In this document: positions 48,001-58,917 of the stretch, piece by piece
Layout: the number at the start of each line of letters is the position of its first letter
Numbering within the stretch: position 1 is the first letter of the stretch
Assembly (NCBI GenBank): GCA_002269645.1
Contig: NIVC01000571.1
Span: 469,212 to 533,211 of the forward strand
DNA: 64,000 nt
Direction of reading: 5' to 3'
Source: Macrostomum lignano
Lineage: Eukaryota
Position numbers and translations under genes: made by a program
Notes under the pieces: generated by a model
What the model was told of the DNA's origin: nothing
Seen by the model: the letters and a program-made list of their open reading frames with translations, nothing else
Databases searched by the model: none

Positions 48001-51000
48001 CTGCAGGTGCTTAGCGTTTGTGGTTCTCTCCGAGATGAGGAAGAGCACAAAGCTGGCGGGGATGAAGGACAGGGCGAAGATGATGGACACCACTGTCATG
48101 GCTGATACTACCGTGTTTGCGTTAAGAACATTCTTTATGTAGGTTGTTCGAGGCGTGATGGGGTGAGTCCAGCCGGACACGCCGATCTGGTCAGGCGAGC
48201 CGATGCTCTTGTTAGCCAGAGCCCTCATGATGGCGTTGCTGAGGGTGTTGAGGTAGGCAGGCCCGGACACGTAGCCCCGGTTGTCGAACCAGACTTGGTT
48301 CACAATGGAGCTCAGATTAGCTGGCAGCCGGACGCTCTCAAGATAAGACAAAACCTGTCCAATGAACCTGTTAAACAGCAAAATTTTGAAGTTTAGAACT
48401 TAAAACTATTGCGCTTCCAACGGCCCGCAGAAGATTACAGAGCCGTTTATCAATAAACGTAAACAAGTTTTGCTTACCAGTCTGTTGAATTCCCGTCTGT
48501 CAGGTTATTTAAAGTCCGTAGAAAATGCTGCGCCTCAACATTGGCACTTTGCGCGTCTGCACTGACTGGCTGCGAGTCGTTCACGAACAGCGTGTAGCCT
48601 CCGAATCTCTTTCGGTAGTACTCCATCACTGTCGACTGGATGTAGTTTGTCAGGTTGTAGCCCTGCATGCTCTCCACAATGTCGGAGCTCATCAGAGACT
48701 TACGAGCTGGCGTTGGCCAGTCAACGCACTTGGCGCTGTTCGGGTAGTCCTTGTACGAGCACTGACACCACGATGTGTTGCTGGGCAGGTTGCTGGGAGT
48801 CTCAGACCACACAGAGCCTCGTCGCTGCGTCTTGCATGGGAAGTCGGGGTTGCTGAACACATCCTCTCGCATGCAGCGAGTTCCGAGATAGTCCGTGCTG
48901 TTCATGTGCAGCATCAGCCGGTTGGACAGGTCGGTCAGGCTGTGGTTGTTTGGGTAGGCGGTCAGGCTGCGGCTCTGGAACACTGATAGGTCCTTGAGGC
49001 GAGATCGCTCTGGCTTGCCGAGCATGTACCAGGGCGCCAGCTCCATCGGTGGACTGTCGCCGTCTTTGGGCACAATTTGCAGCAGAGCAAGGGTCAATAG
49101 GATAAAGACTGCAGGCAGCACAAACTCGGCGAGGAATCCGATCTTTGAGCGACGCAGAACGTGAAAGCGTTTGAGCCAGAGCGCCTTGATTTGCTGCCAC
49201 AAAGGCCGACGCGTTCGGCTTGGCTCGTGTTTTCGCAAGGACGCAGGCTCAGTTGAAGGCACTGCAGAGCCTACGGAAGCAACCACATCATCGACAGGAT
49301 CGTAAGGGCAGATGCACTCGGAGCTGGAGTTGATAGGAAGCTCACTAGGAGTGTCTTCTGAAGCGGCTCCAACAACGCTGTCAGCGGCACTTCTGCAGCC
49401 GAGCATCGCGCGCTGCAGCTGCCTACGCCGGACACTTTCCCGCAGAGTCGGCCGGAAACCGACAACAGAGGGATCATCGAGCAGCTCCTCGCTGTTCTCC
49501 AAGCTGCAACCCGTCACAGCTAGGAAAATTTCTTCAAGCGAGCTGTCCTCGATACCATAAGTTGCTATGTTTAAGTTGGCCATTTTCTCATCAAGGCTAG
49601 CAAACAGGCCAGCAAGCAGAGGCACAGAGCTGTATGGCAGCTTTATGCTGATTTCGCTGGATGTGCACTCCCCCAGGCTCGCCTCTGAGACCTCAGACTG
49701 CACTAAGCTCAGAACTTTATCCGTATCGAAGTCTAAGGACGCCTTTACCAGAGTCAGTGTGTAGCCCTCACCAAACACTTTCTTGAGAAACATCGGAGAG
49801 CCTGAGCACACGAGACGGCCTTTGTTAATGATGCAGATTCGGTCGCCCAGAATGTCCGCCTCGTCCATGTGGTGGGTGGTCAGGATGATGGTGCGGCCCT
49901 GACGGAACTTCGCCAACACGTCCCAGATCGAGCGACGCGCGTGCGGGTCGACGCCTAAAATTTGCAGTTTGATTTTTGTCAAACGGATGTTGGCTGAAAG
50001 AAATATCTTGTCGGTACAAAACCGCCGACTCACCAGCGGTTGGCTCGTCCAGTACGACGACCTTCGATCCGCCGACAAACGCCATGGCGACAGACAGCTT
50101 TCGCTTCATCCCGCCTGACAGATTCTTGCTTATTTCGTACTTCTTTTTCTGTAGGCCGACGTCTGCGATGAACGAGTCAACCTGCTGGGCGACCTCCGCC
50201 CGGCTGAGGCCTTTGAGCATGCCGTAGAAGTAGATGTGGTCCTCCACCGTCAGAGTGTCGAAAAGCACATTGTGCTGAGGACACAGGCCGAGTTGTTGGC
50301 GAATCTGGTCCATCTCTGTGCGGATGTCGTACCCGCCGATAAAGGCGGTGCCCGATGTTGGTGTGTACAAACCCGTCAGAAGGGACATTGTCGTGCTTTT
50401 ACCTGTTTAGAACACAAGGTATATACCGTTATTCAGAGATCAAATTTCGCGTGTGTTAAATTTACGAGCCTTGGAAGTAATAATATCTGTTGCATTGGAT
50501 TTACCAGCGCCATTGTGACCAAGGAACGAGGTGACCTGTCCTTCGTAGAAATTATAGCTCAGATTGTCCACAGCCGTGAAGGGCTTCGCATTCTTTTTGC
50601 AGGCGCACCTGCCGGGCTCGTAGACCTTGGTGAGGTTCCTGACGTTGATGCCAACGCTCAGGTGCTTTGGCTCGTCCTCGAAGTGCGAAGAGTTGTGACC
50701 ATTCAACTCTACACCAGCCGTGACTCCGTTTGAAGCAGGCTTTTCTTGGGAGGATCTGGACGAGTCGGACACTGGGGACGATGCCAGGGATGAGGCAGAG
50801 GCGCCCAGATTGTCAATGCCACCTTCGACATCAACTGTCAGAGCTTTCTTTGACTGACCGCACCAGTAAGACGGCGAGAACGGAAAGTACCACGGTTTGG
50901 GCACTCCATAGGCTCCCGGAAACACCTTCTCCAGGTACCAGGTGAGCAGCATCAGAATGCCAGAGTCTATCCACATCATAACGACTACCTGAGGATTTTG

Positions 51001-53698
51001 AAACGTATTATGTATATGATAGCATCAGCTAAGTAACGGTTCTTTGACTTAGTTACCTGATAGTTGTTAACGAAAAGCTACAAATTATTTTTCGGAAAAC
51101 CAACCTGGTTGAATGTAAATTCGCTAGTGGCAAGCGGTGAATCGTAAAAGTTTTTGTGCTGCAGCCCGACCGAAGCGAGCTCCCAGCTGCCAATGAACTT
51201 GCAGCCCACTCCAAATGCTAGCTGAGGAATAAGGCAGCTCAACAAGTACTGCGGCCGAGTCATACTGTCCGAGAAGCTGTCAACCACGCTGTACGGCACA
51301 TAGCCGAGGAAGTAGATCACGCCGGCGAAGGCGGCCGCCACGCTCGAGTTTGAGAAAAAAATTGAAATAAAGAAGGCCTCACAAATTGTGCTCACAACAA
51401 AAGACACGATAAACAGGAACAGCAGCAGAGGGTCTGAGTACACGACAAGCTGCCCGGTTTTCAGAAGCAGAACCATAAAAGCGCTAGCGATAACCATGAT
51501 GATCAGAGAGGTGATGAACCAGGAGACCCAGTGCACTCCGTCAGACAGCCCCATGATCTTCATCATCTCTTTCAGCCGCGTCTCTTTCTCGTAGACAATG
51601 GCGTTCACTAGCAGCGACACGTTGTAAATCCAGGAGATGGTCATGATCATGGGCAGGAAGGAGCCCATCACGTTGGCGAAGTTGTCCTGCTGGAAGCAAG
51701 CCGACGGGAACATGTTTATATAGGTCTGGAACGGCGCGTTCACACCAGTCACGGCTGCCTGGATGCCGTGCTCAAGCAGCTCCTGTGGATGAGCAAATCA
51801 GATGCTTAATGTTTAATTAACTTTAGTTTTTCAGGCAAGAAGCAATAGATTTTTTAAATTTTCCAGTAGGCATGGGAATTCAGGACAAGATAATTTACTA
51901 CTGAAATGCTGAGAGACTCACCTGAATGTGCAAAAAGAAGGAAGTGAAGTACTTGAAATCGGTAGGGAAAGAGTTCCTCGGCCTGGGTCTAAATGTGCGG
52001 TCCAACACTTTAAAGTTTCGCGTGCCGTCCACCGACTTCTGCTCGTATCGCAGCCGGTACTTCGTGAAGCTGGGCGTCAGTTTGTCAAACACCAATGAGG
52101 CAATGAACTTCGGCTTTGTTACGCCTCTATTCTTGCCGAACTCGTCAATCAGGAAGTTGGTGTAATTCTCTAGCAGCGGCTCGCTCTCGAAGCCGTACAG
52201 TTTATTCATGCGGAAGCAGGCGGTAGAGAAGTACAACCTGCGCATTAGAGAGTCCACCGTGTCCAGAAGGTCTCGCCAGTTGCCCATGCTAACAGAGGGC
52301 GGCTCAATGTCCGGGTATGGAGCCAGAAATACTGACAAATTGCTGCAGAGCAGACCGTACGGTGTGCTGCCGAGCACGTTGCTGCATGTGGTCAGAGCGT
52401 TCTGCGGTGGTAATGTGATAGATAGTTGTCATGGGTAAGTGAGACGCCCTTTTTAGCTTCATGTATTATAGTTACTATATTTATAACACGAGACAATTCG
52501 TAGCAACACGGGACCGGGACCACAGTCTGTCCAGGAATAAATTAGCCTCCATAAGCCTTTGGCATCTGGATACTGTACAGTCAAACGTGAGCCAAGCCAT
52601 GCATCTGTGCATCTAAACAGGTGGGATTTTGGGTACTGTGAAAAAATAAAGGCGGCATTTGACTTGTACACAGGTACGTCGCTGGTGAACACTCTACACA
52701 GGCTGTACGTCTACAGGATCGCTGACTTTCACGTCGTCAGGAAGCGCAAACAGTGTGCAGATAGGGTTGGCTCTCACGGAGCAACGTACGTAAAACGATT
52801 TACTTAAACGCAGGTTAATTAGTACAATTCTAGCAAACTGCTCACCCTGACAGACTCCATCTGACTGCTGTTGGCCAGAAAGTTGGCAATGCGCGGACTC
52901 TCATCCTGGGTAAAGTTCTCCGCCAAATACGACGTCATGCTCATGCTCAAAAACGTTTCGTTTAACTGAAATCCACCAAAGAAGTGAAATATAGGGCTAA
53001 AAAGTTTCTAAAAGACTAATCACCCTATTATATATTATCCGCTTACCTTTGAAAGAAAATTTCGAGTCTGGGGCACGTCAGGATAATAGGGAATGACGCC
53101 GAAAATGATGTCGAAGATGCTGCCAAATCCTAGCGAAGACGCCAGCTGCTTGATGCCGCCGAAAATGGCATTCTGGTACTTCGTGTTGTAGCAAACTGCA
53201 GGCGGTCGATGGAGCAAAAAATGCTTGCTATGAAAACAAGGAAGACCACTTTTACATGGTCATGTGAAGCAAAAATGGAACACTAAGCCAATATACAGAC
53301 ATCAGATTCACTGTTAGAGCCGGGGCCACTGCCCACCCAGCCCCAGCCAGATAAGCCGGGGCCACCCAGCCCCATTCAGAGAAGCCGGGGCCACCCAGCC
53401 CCAGCCAGATAAGCCGGGGCCACCCAGCCCCATTCAGAGAAACAAGAGCACAAAAGGAATTCCCCAACAATCTCACAGTCCTCCGGCGGGATCAGGACGC
53501 TGAGGTCAATGGACGAGTTGCTGCCAGGCGCAACAGTAGTGGGCGGCATTGTGGCGTCACCGCCGGTCTGGTTGCCCATGCGAGCGCGCAGCGAATCGGC
53601 GTACTGAGTGAAGACAGTCGCCCCGCTGCCGCACACCAGCCGGCTGAGGCTGTCGATCATATCCAGCAGCTGGGTTATGCTGCTGCCGCTGCTGCCGC

Positions 53699-53736
<38 letters not shown>

Positions 53737-56700
53737 ATCAGAGCTCTCAAGTTTCTGTAGATGTCGCTGAAGACATTCAGCGTGCCGTCCTTTCTAATTT
53801 GGTCGAACTGAATCAGAAGATGAATGAGCGGCACAAGTTCTACGGAAATGAATCCAACAAGGTTGTCTTTCATTGTTTCTTAGATTTTAATATTAAAATG
53901 CGAGGATTGCTACTTATATCAGTAGTCTGGAAAGCAGAAGCAGATTTCCTTAAAATAAGAAAGTGAAACACGCAAAAGCAAAGCTTTTTCTGACCTCCTG
54001 AAAGAGGAGCACAATGTTGGTGACGTCGGACAGCTCCACGCTGATCGTCTGCTTGTTGGGCAAAGTTGAGGTCATCTGGAACGACAGAACAGCAAAGGTA
54101 GGTGACTTGGTGTGCTGAGAAAGGAGATGTAAATTAGAACTGCATGGGAGAGCGTCTCACCTGGTCCAGAGCTTTGTCTAGCTCAAACTGATCCTTCAGA
54201 TTGTTCCTGAAGGCGGTCTGGTTGCACAGAGCCTTCACGTCCATCCAGTTTTTGACGCCGCTGCTGGCGCCCGAGCACACCAGGGTGGGCACCGCACCGG
54301 AGCTGAGCAGTGCCATCGACAGGGTGACTCGAACCGACGGACTGACGGACAGGTCCCAGCGCTGCGGGAGTGATGTGGGGTGGCAGTCATTGGACTGAGC
54401 AGCTGGGGTTCTGCAGTCACCAGACTGAGCAGCTGGGGTTCTGCAGTCACCAGACTGAGCAGCTGGGGTTCTGCAGTCACCAGACTGAGCAGCTGGGGTT
54501 CTGCAGTCACTGGACTGAGCAGCTGGGGTTCTGCAGTCACTAGACTGAGCAGCTGGGGTTCTGCAGTCACCAGACTGAGCAGCTGGGGTTCTGCAGTCAC
54601 TAGACTGAGCAGCTGGGGTTCTGCAGTCACCAGACTGAGCAGCTAAGGGATTCTGCAGGCTCTGAAGCGCTCACCGCAGGGAAGGGGAAGCTGGCAGCAT
54701 AGACAGCCTGCCGCTGCTCAGCCGTGGCGGCGACTCCGTCGAACAGCTGGGACGAGTTGCTCTTGAACAACGAGCCCAGGAGGATCGGTTTGGCCTCTGC
54801 AGGTTTGCAATCGGTTGCGGTTCTCATTAAACAAAGAAATGCTAAAAACGGAGACAGCAACGCAGACTGTTTGCTGCTCAAGGCACTCACGGCTCGGGTC
54901 GCTCCAGTTGGTGGGCAGCGAGGCGAGCGCTCCGGCGATCTTCCGCACGGTTGGGTTGGCCAGCGCTCCGTTGGCGAACTGCAGCGTCTTGGACAAGTTC
55001 CGGTACCTGCGGTTGCGTTTTACCAGCGAAACTCATCATAATTACCGGGTAGACTGTGATGCATAAATGTGATGGAGCAGCTGGGCTGCAGAGAACTGGA
55101 CCAGCATGGATGTGATGGAGCAGCTGGGCTGCAGAGAACTGGACCAGCATGGATGTGATGGAGCAGCTGGGTTGCAGAGAACTGGACCAGCATGGATGTG
55201 ATGGAGCAGCTGGGCTGCAGAGAACTGGACCAGCATGGATGTGATGGAGCAGCTGGGCTGCAGAGAACTGGACCAGCATGGATGTGATGGAGCAGCTGGG
55301 TTGCAGAGAACTGGACCAGCATGGATGTGATGGAGCAGCTGGGCTGCAGAGAACTGGACCAGCATGGATGTGATGGAGCAGCTGGGCTGCAGAGAACTGG
55401 ACCAGCATGGATGTGATGGAGCAGCTGGGCTGCAGAGAACTGGACCAGCATGGATGTGATAGAGCAGCTGGGTTGCAGAGAACTGGACCAGCATGGATGT
55501 GATGGAGCAGCTGGGCTGCAGAGAACTGGACCAGCATGGATGTGATGGAGCAGCTGGGCTGCAGAGAACTGGACCAGCATGGATGTGATGGAGCAGCTGG
55601 GCTGCAGAGAACTGGACCAGCATGGATGTGATGGAGCAGCTGGGCTGCAGAGAACTGGACCAGCATGGATGTGATGGAGCAGCTGGGCTGCAGAGAACTG
55701 GACCCGTCTGTCCTGTTCAGCCAAGTGCTTTGATACTCTAAATTTCAAAACACTTCATCTTGTGACGAACTCAAACGGACAGACGCACTAATAACCAGTT
55801 AATCAACAAGCTGAAAGCACTAGAATCCATTTGATTATTGTGACAAAAGTATAAACTATCTAGACCTGCTCCAGAAGGGTTCTCATCAACAGCCAGGCCC
55901 AGAGCAGCAGCCCTCAGCTGGTTTACTGAGAGCTGTACCTGAGCCTGCTAACAGCAAAGCGACAGGACCGAAAAGAGACGAAAAAACCTTGAGGCACTCC
56001 GATCATGCCCGAGCACTCGGAGGGGGGTGGAGGGGCTAGACAAAATAACAGCGACTCGGGGCCATTAAGCGCGCCCAATTGTTCTCAAAGGCTGGTTGAC
56101 CGAGCCGAGGGCGAGTTCAGACTGGATGGCCCCGATAAAAACAATGGAGCTCCCACTAAGGAGGGCAGAAAGGAGCGCGATGGCATTGAGATAGAAAGGT
56201 AGAGAGAGAGAAAGTTGAGGTACACGAAGAGGTAGACAAGATGGGACAGAGAGGCAGGGCAGAGGTGCGGCAGTCGATCAGAGATAAGAGCAGGCCCAGT
56301 GCATAGCGTTATCTACACTGTTGTGTGTGTCGGGTGGAGGGCAAAGTGCAGAGGCCGGAGCCAGTGGCCGGTGACGCAGCGCGGATAGAACTGTGCGAAA
56401 ATTATTTTTGCACGCGAACTTGGAATGGCCAAAGTAATTATGATTTATAATAGAGAGAGAGTGGGGGCAGAGACGTAGAGAACTCGTGCTAAATCATGGC
56501 AAAAGTGCAGGCAGTCATGAAATAAGAAACGCTGCTCTGCCTTATTAGAGTTAAAGGAAACGAAAACGACCGTTTTGATTAAAATGTACTGCATGCTGAG
56601 AACAGGACTCACTCTGTGTCATTAAGCAGGCCGGAATCGACCCCGAAAGACTGGTTGCCTTGGCGGCAGACGCCCAGGAAGCAGAAGGAGCGGAGGGCCA

Positions 56701-56986
56701 CTAGGGGGCCCTTGGAGGCCAGGGCGGTCGGCTTGAACTGGCAGTCCGGGGACTGCTGGTAGAAGTCCTGGGACTGGCGCACGGCAATGAGGATTAGGAA
56801 GGACAGCAGCGGGGCGATCACCTCGAACAGGGTTCGAACCTGCGAGGGAAAGCAGTGAATTGAATTGCACCTGAAAGTTTTCCTGATGATGAGAACAATA
56901 TTTAATTTCTCAAATACCTTGTTTCGCTGTTTGAGTTTGGCGTTCTTCCATTGCAGCAGGTAGATGTGTCTGAAGAAGGCTTTCAT
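37630..56986 (-). CDS. ABCA-subfamily full transporter, paralog 2. 23 exons: 56986-56918, 56839-56613, 55006-54891, 54796-54675, 54361-54161, 54075-53995, 53807-53477, 53195-53047, 52965-52846, 52401-51922, 51782-51105, 50988-50505, 50402-50034, 49954-48478, 48367-47572, 47486-46994, 46878-46668, 46422-46164, 46074-45727, 45646-45562, 40047-39934, 39650-39522, 37736-37630 (unspliced alternative stop at 45536)
   Basis: [23 protein letters not shown] start. Both NBDs are complete ([18 protein letters not shown] and [18 protein letters not shown]). Intron positions and phases are the same as paralog 1. No frameshift found. The last three exons are inferred from splice signals and phase. Confidence 0.93.
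37750..39445. repeat. 39-bp minisatellite (GA[A/T]TGGATTGCTAGTCTAGCCAATATGGATATTACAGTA)n filling ABCA-2 intron 22
   Basis: About 43 copies in two main variants; internal palindrome GCTAG-T-CTAGC. Confidence 0.97.
40221..45060 (+). mobile_element. Ingi-like (I-group) non-LTR retrotransposon with a single polyprotein: ubiquitin-like leader, APE split by a PHD-bearing insert, RT, RNase H and CCHC; antisense in ABCA-2 intron 20
   Basis: APE motifs [46 protein letters not shown] motifs [28 protein letters not shown]. RNase H motifs [34 protein letters not shown]-terminal CPDC...H...HC and a (GAA)8 tail. Flanked on both sides by (CAG)n. Frameshifts at C-runs near 40330, 41505 and 44161. Confidence 0.93.
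45061..45545. repeat. Compound (CAG)10-(CAC)~130 microsatellite followed by a short ~25-bp tandem repeat (ACTTAGGTCAAGTGTGTGTTTT..)
   Basis: Directly visible, with a few phase slips in the CAC tract. Confidence 0.95.
53325..53440. repeat. Short composite tandem duplication in ABCA-2 intron 7
   Basis: Repeated GGGCCACCCAGCCCCAGCCAGATAAGCC / CCCAGCCCCATTCAGAGAA units. Confidence 0.8.
54384..54645. repeat. 30-bp minisatellite filling ABCA-2 intron 4
   Basis: (GCAGTCACCAGACTGAGCAGCTGGGGTTCT)n, about 9 copies. Confidence 0.95.
55067..55703. repeat. 43-bp minisatellite in ABCA-2 intron 2
   Basis: (GGATGTGATGGAGCAGCTGGGCTGCAGAGAACTGGACCAGCAT)n, about 15 copies. Confidence 0.96.
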
Positions 56987-58917
56987 TTCGATTCTAAAAA
57001 GTAAATTTCGCTTACTTGGCTCAATACTTAAGGTTTCGCAATGGCAGATAATGATGATGCATAAATCACTTTCTATAGCTAACAAAAATTGATTTCTGTT
57101 AAATTCAAAAACAAAAATGCGATGAACAGCAAACACAAGTGCTTTGAAGCCTAAAATTAATAATCAGACAAAAGACATTGAAACATGGAATTATAATTAA
57201 ATTCAATGATCAGTTATAAAGTGATATATAAATACTTTATAGAAATACATATGAAAATGCTTTTTAATATTTGTGAAATTATATGAAATTAAATGAAAGT
57301 TAAAAAACGAGCATGTTTTAACATCTTGAAACAACGAAAGTAGTTTTGTAATATATTTTAAAATAAAATAAATTGTTTTTTATCAAAGCAATAATTTAAT
57401 TTAATTTATTTATATCAATTTCTCATATAACTACCAAAGTAGAAGAAGCTATGCCTAACAGCCATATGTACATATACTATAGATTATTCCCTAAAATTAA
57501 AAATAGAAGCAAAGGTAAAATTATCACAAATATGGACTCTTTGATCAGCAAAAATGGCTAAACTGGAACAAATCCAATATGCTAGAAATAAAATATTTGT
57601 TTGTAGATATATTGATGAGAGATTTAAAAAAATATACCTAAATTTACAAAATATAATAGATTAAATAATACACTGTCTAAGCAAAATAAAAACCATTGAT
57701 GATAAATATGATGATAAAGATAAATAGCTTAAAATTCTTGAATGAAGCAAAGGAATTTCACCATCACCCACAATCATGATGCATAAGAAAATGATATTCA
57801 ATACAACCATACAATGAATCACTAAAGTGAAAGTACTGGTATTAGAAAGACAATATTCAATAATGCAAGAGTGTTAAATTAAATTAATTTATTCGTTTCA
57901 TTCACCTTTTCGCTTTTATGTTAATATATGTAGGCTATACTAATTTATTTAAACATTCCATACATGTATGGGTGGCATTTATCAGAAAATATATTGTACA
58001 TACCGAAATGAAAAACCCGCACTTGTTTGAAGTAAGCTTCTAGGAGAATTTTCAGAGTACTCAGCAAACTTTCTATTTTTTTATTATACTACAATTAGAA
58101 CAATAATACCATTTGATCAGCGGAGAAGTTTCTTACTGTTTCTTAGATACAAGCGCTGTTCAAAATGATACATAACTTTATCGCAACTTAAATAAACAAA
58201 ATATCGAAAAACCGCATAATTATTTTTTGAAAAAAACAGGAAATCATATGCCATACTTTTGAATAAACAGCAGACTAACTTTAAATTCTCGATGCAAAAT
58301 TGTTTTATCAGGTTTTTATCATTTAAGTGATAAGCAAATACGTTGACAAAAATATTTGTCTTCGATAGAAATGTTTTTATTGCCACCTCGATCTTTTGAT
58401 GCGGGTCGACTGCATTGCTTGGTTAGTGCCTCCCCGCGACTAACTATTTAGAATATGTGCACTCACATCCTCCCGATCCAAGAGTCTGTCACAAGAGTCT
58501 GCCACTATAGTCTGCCACCAAATTGACAATTAATGTGTACCCAGCCTTCTCTGTGACTGTCCGAGCAATTTCAATACTAAGGCAAGGACAACTTAATCCT
58601 GGTTAAAGTTGTCAACTTGTCAAGTTTACCTTTGTACTAATTAAGGCTTTTCTTAGTTTTTCGCCAACCTGATTTTTACTCGTACCAATTTTTGCGAGTC
58701 TTTTTTTAGCGTCTATGGCCAGAAAGCTCATTCTGCTTTTAGTAACTTCTGACGCTTTGTGCAATCAGGTTTGTTAATTTGTTAGAATGCTCAGTCCAAG
58801 CGCTCCTGTCATCAGCAGATAGCGTTGCGAATCTAATTCAATAGCATGAATTCATGCGCGATTTCAAGTCACCGCTTCTGAGTTGCAGCTGCATAACTCC
58901 AAGCTGCTCTGCCGACT
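56987..58917. promoter_or_regulatory. AT-rich intergenic region between the divergent ABCA-2 and ABCA-3 start codons (candidate bidirectional promoter)
   Basis: Positional inference from the head-to-head ATGs at 56986 (-) and 58918 (+). No specific sites identified. Confidence 0.45.

Noticed and set aside
58737-58800. ATGGCCAGAAAGCTCATTCTGCTTTTA as ABCA-3 exon 1
   Set aside because: The exon at 58918-58986 matches the paralog N-termini (LQWKN.KLKQRN) far better and has a consensus donor.
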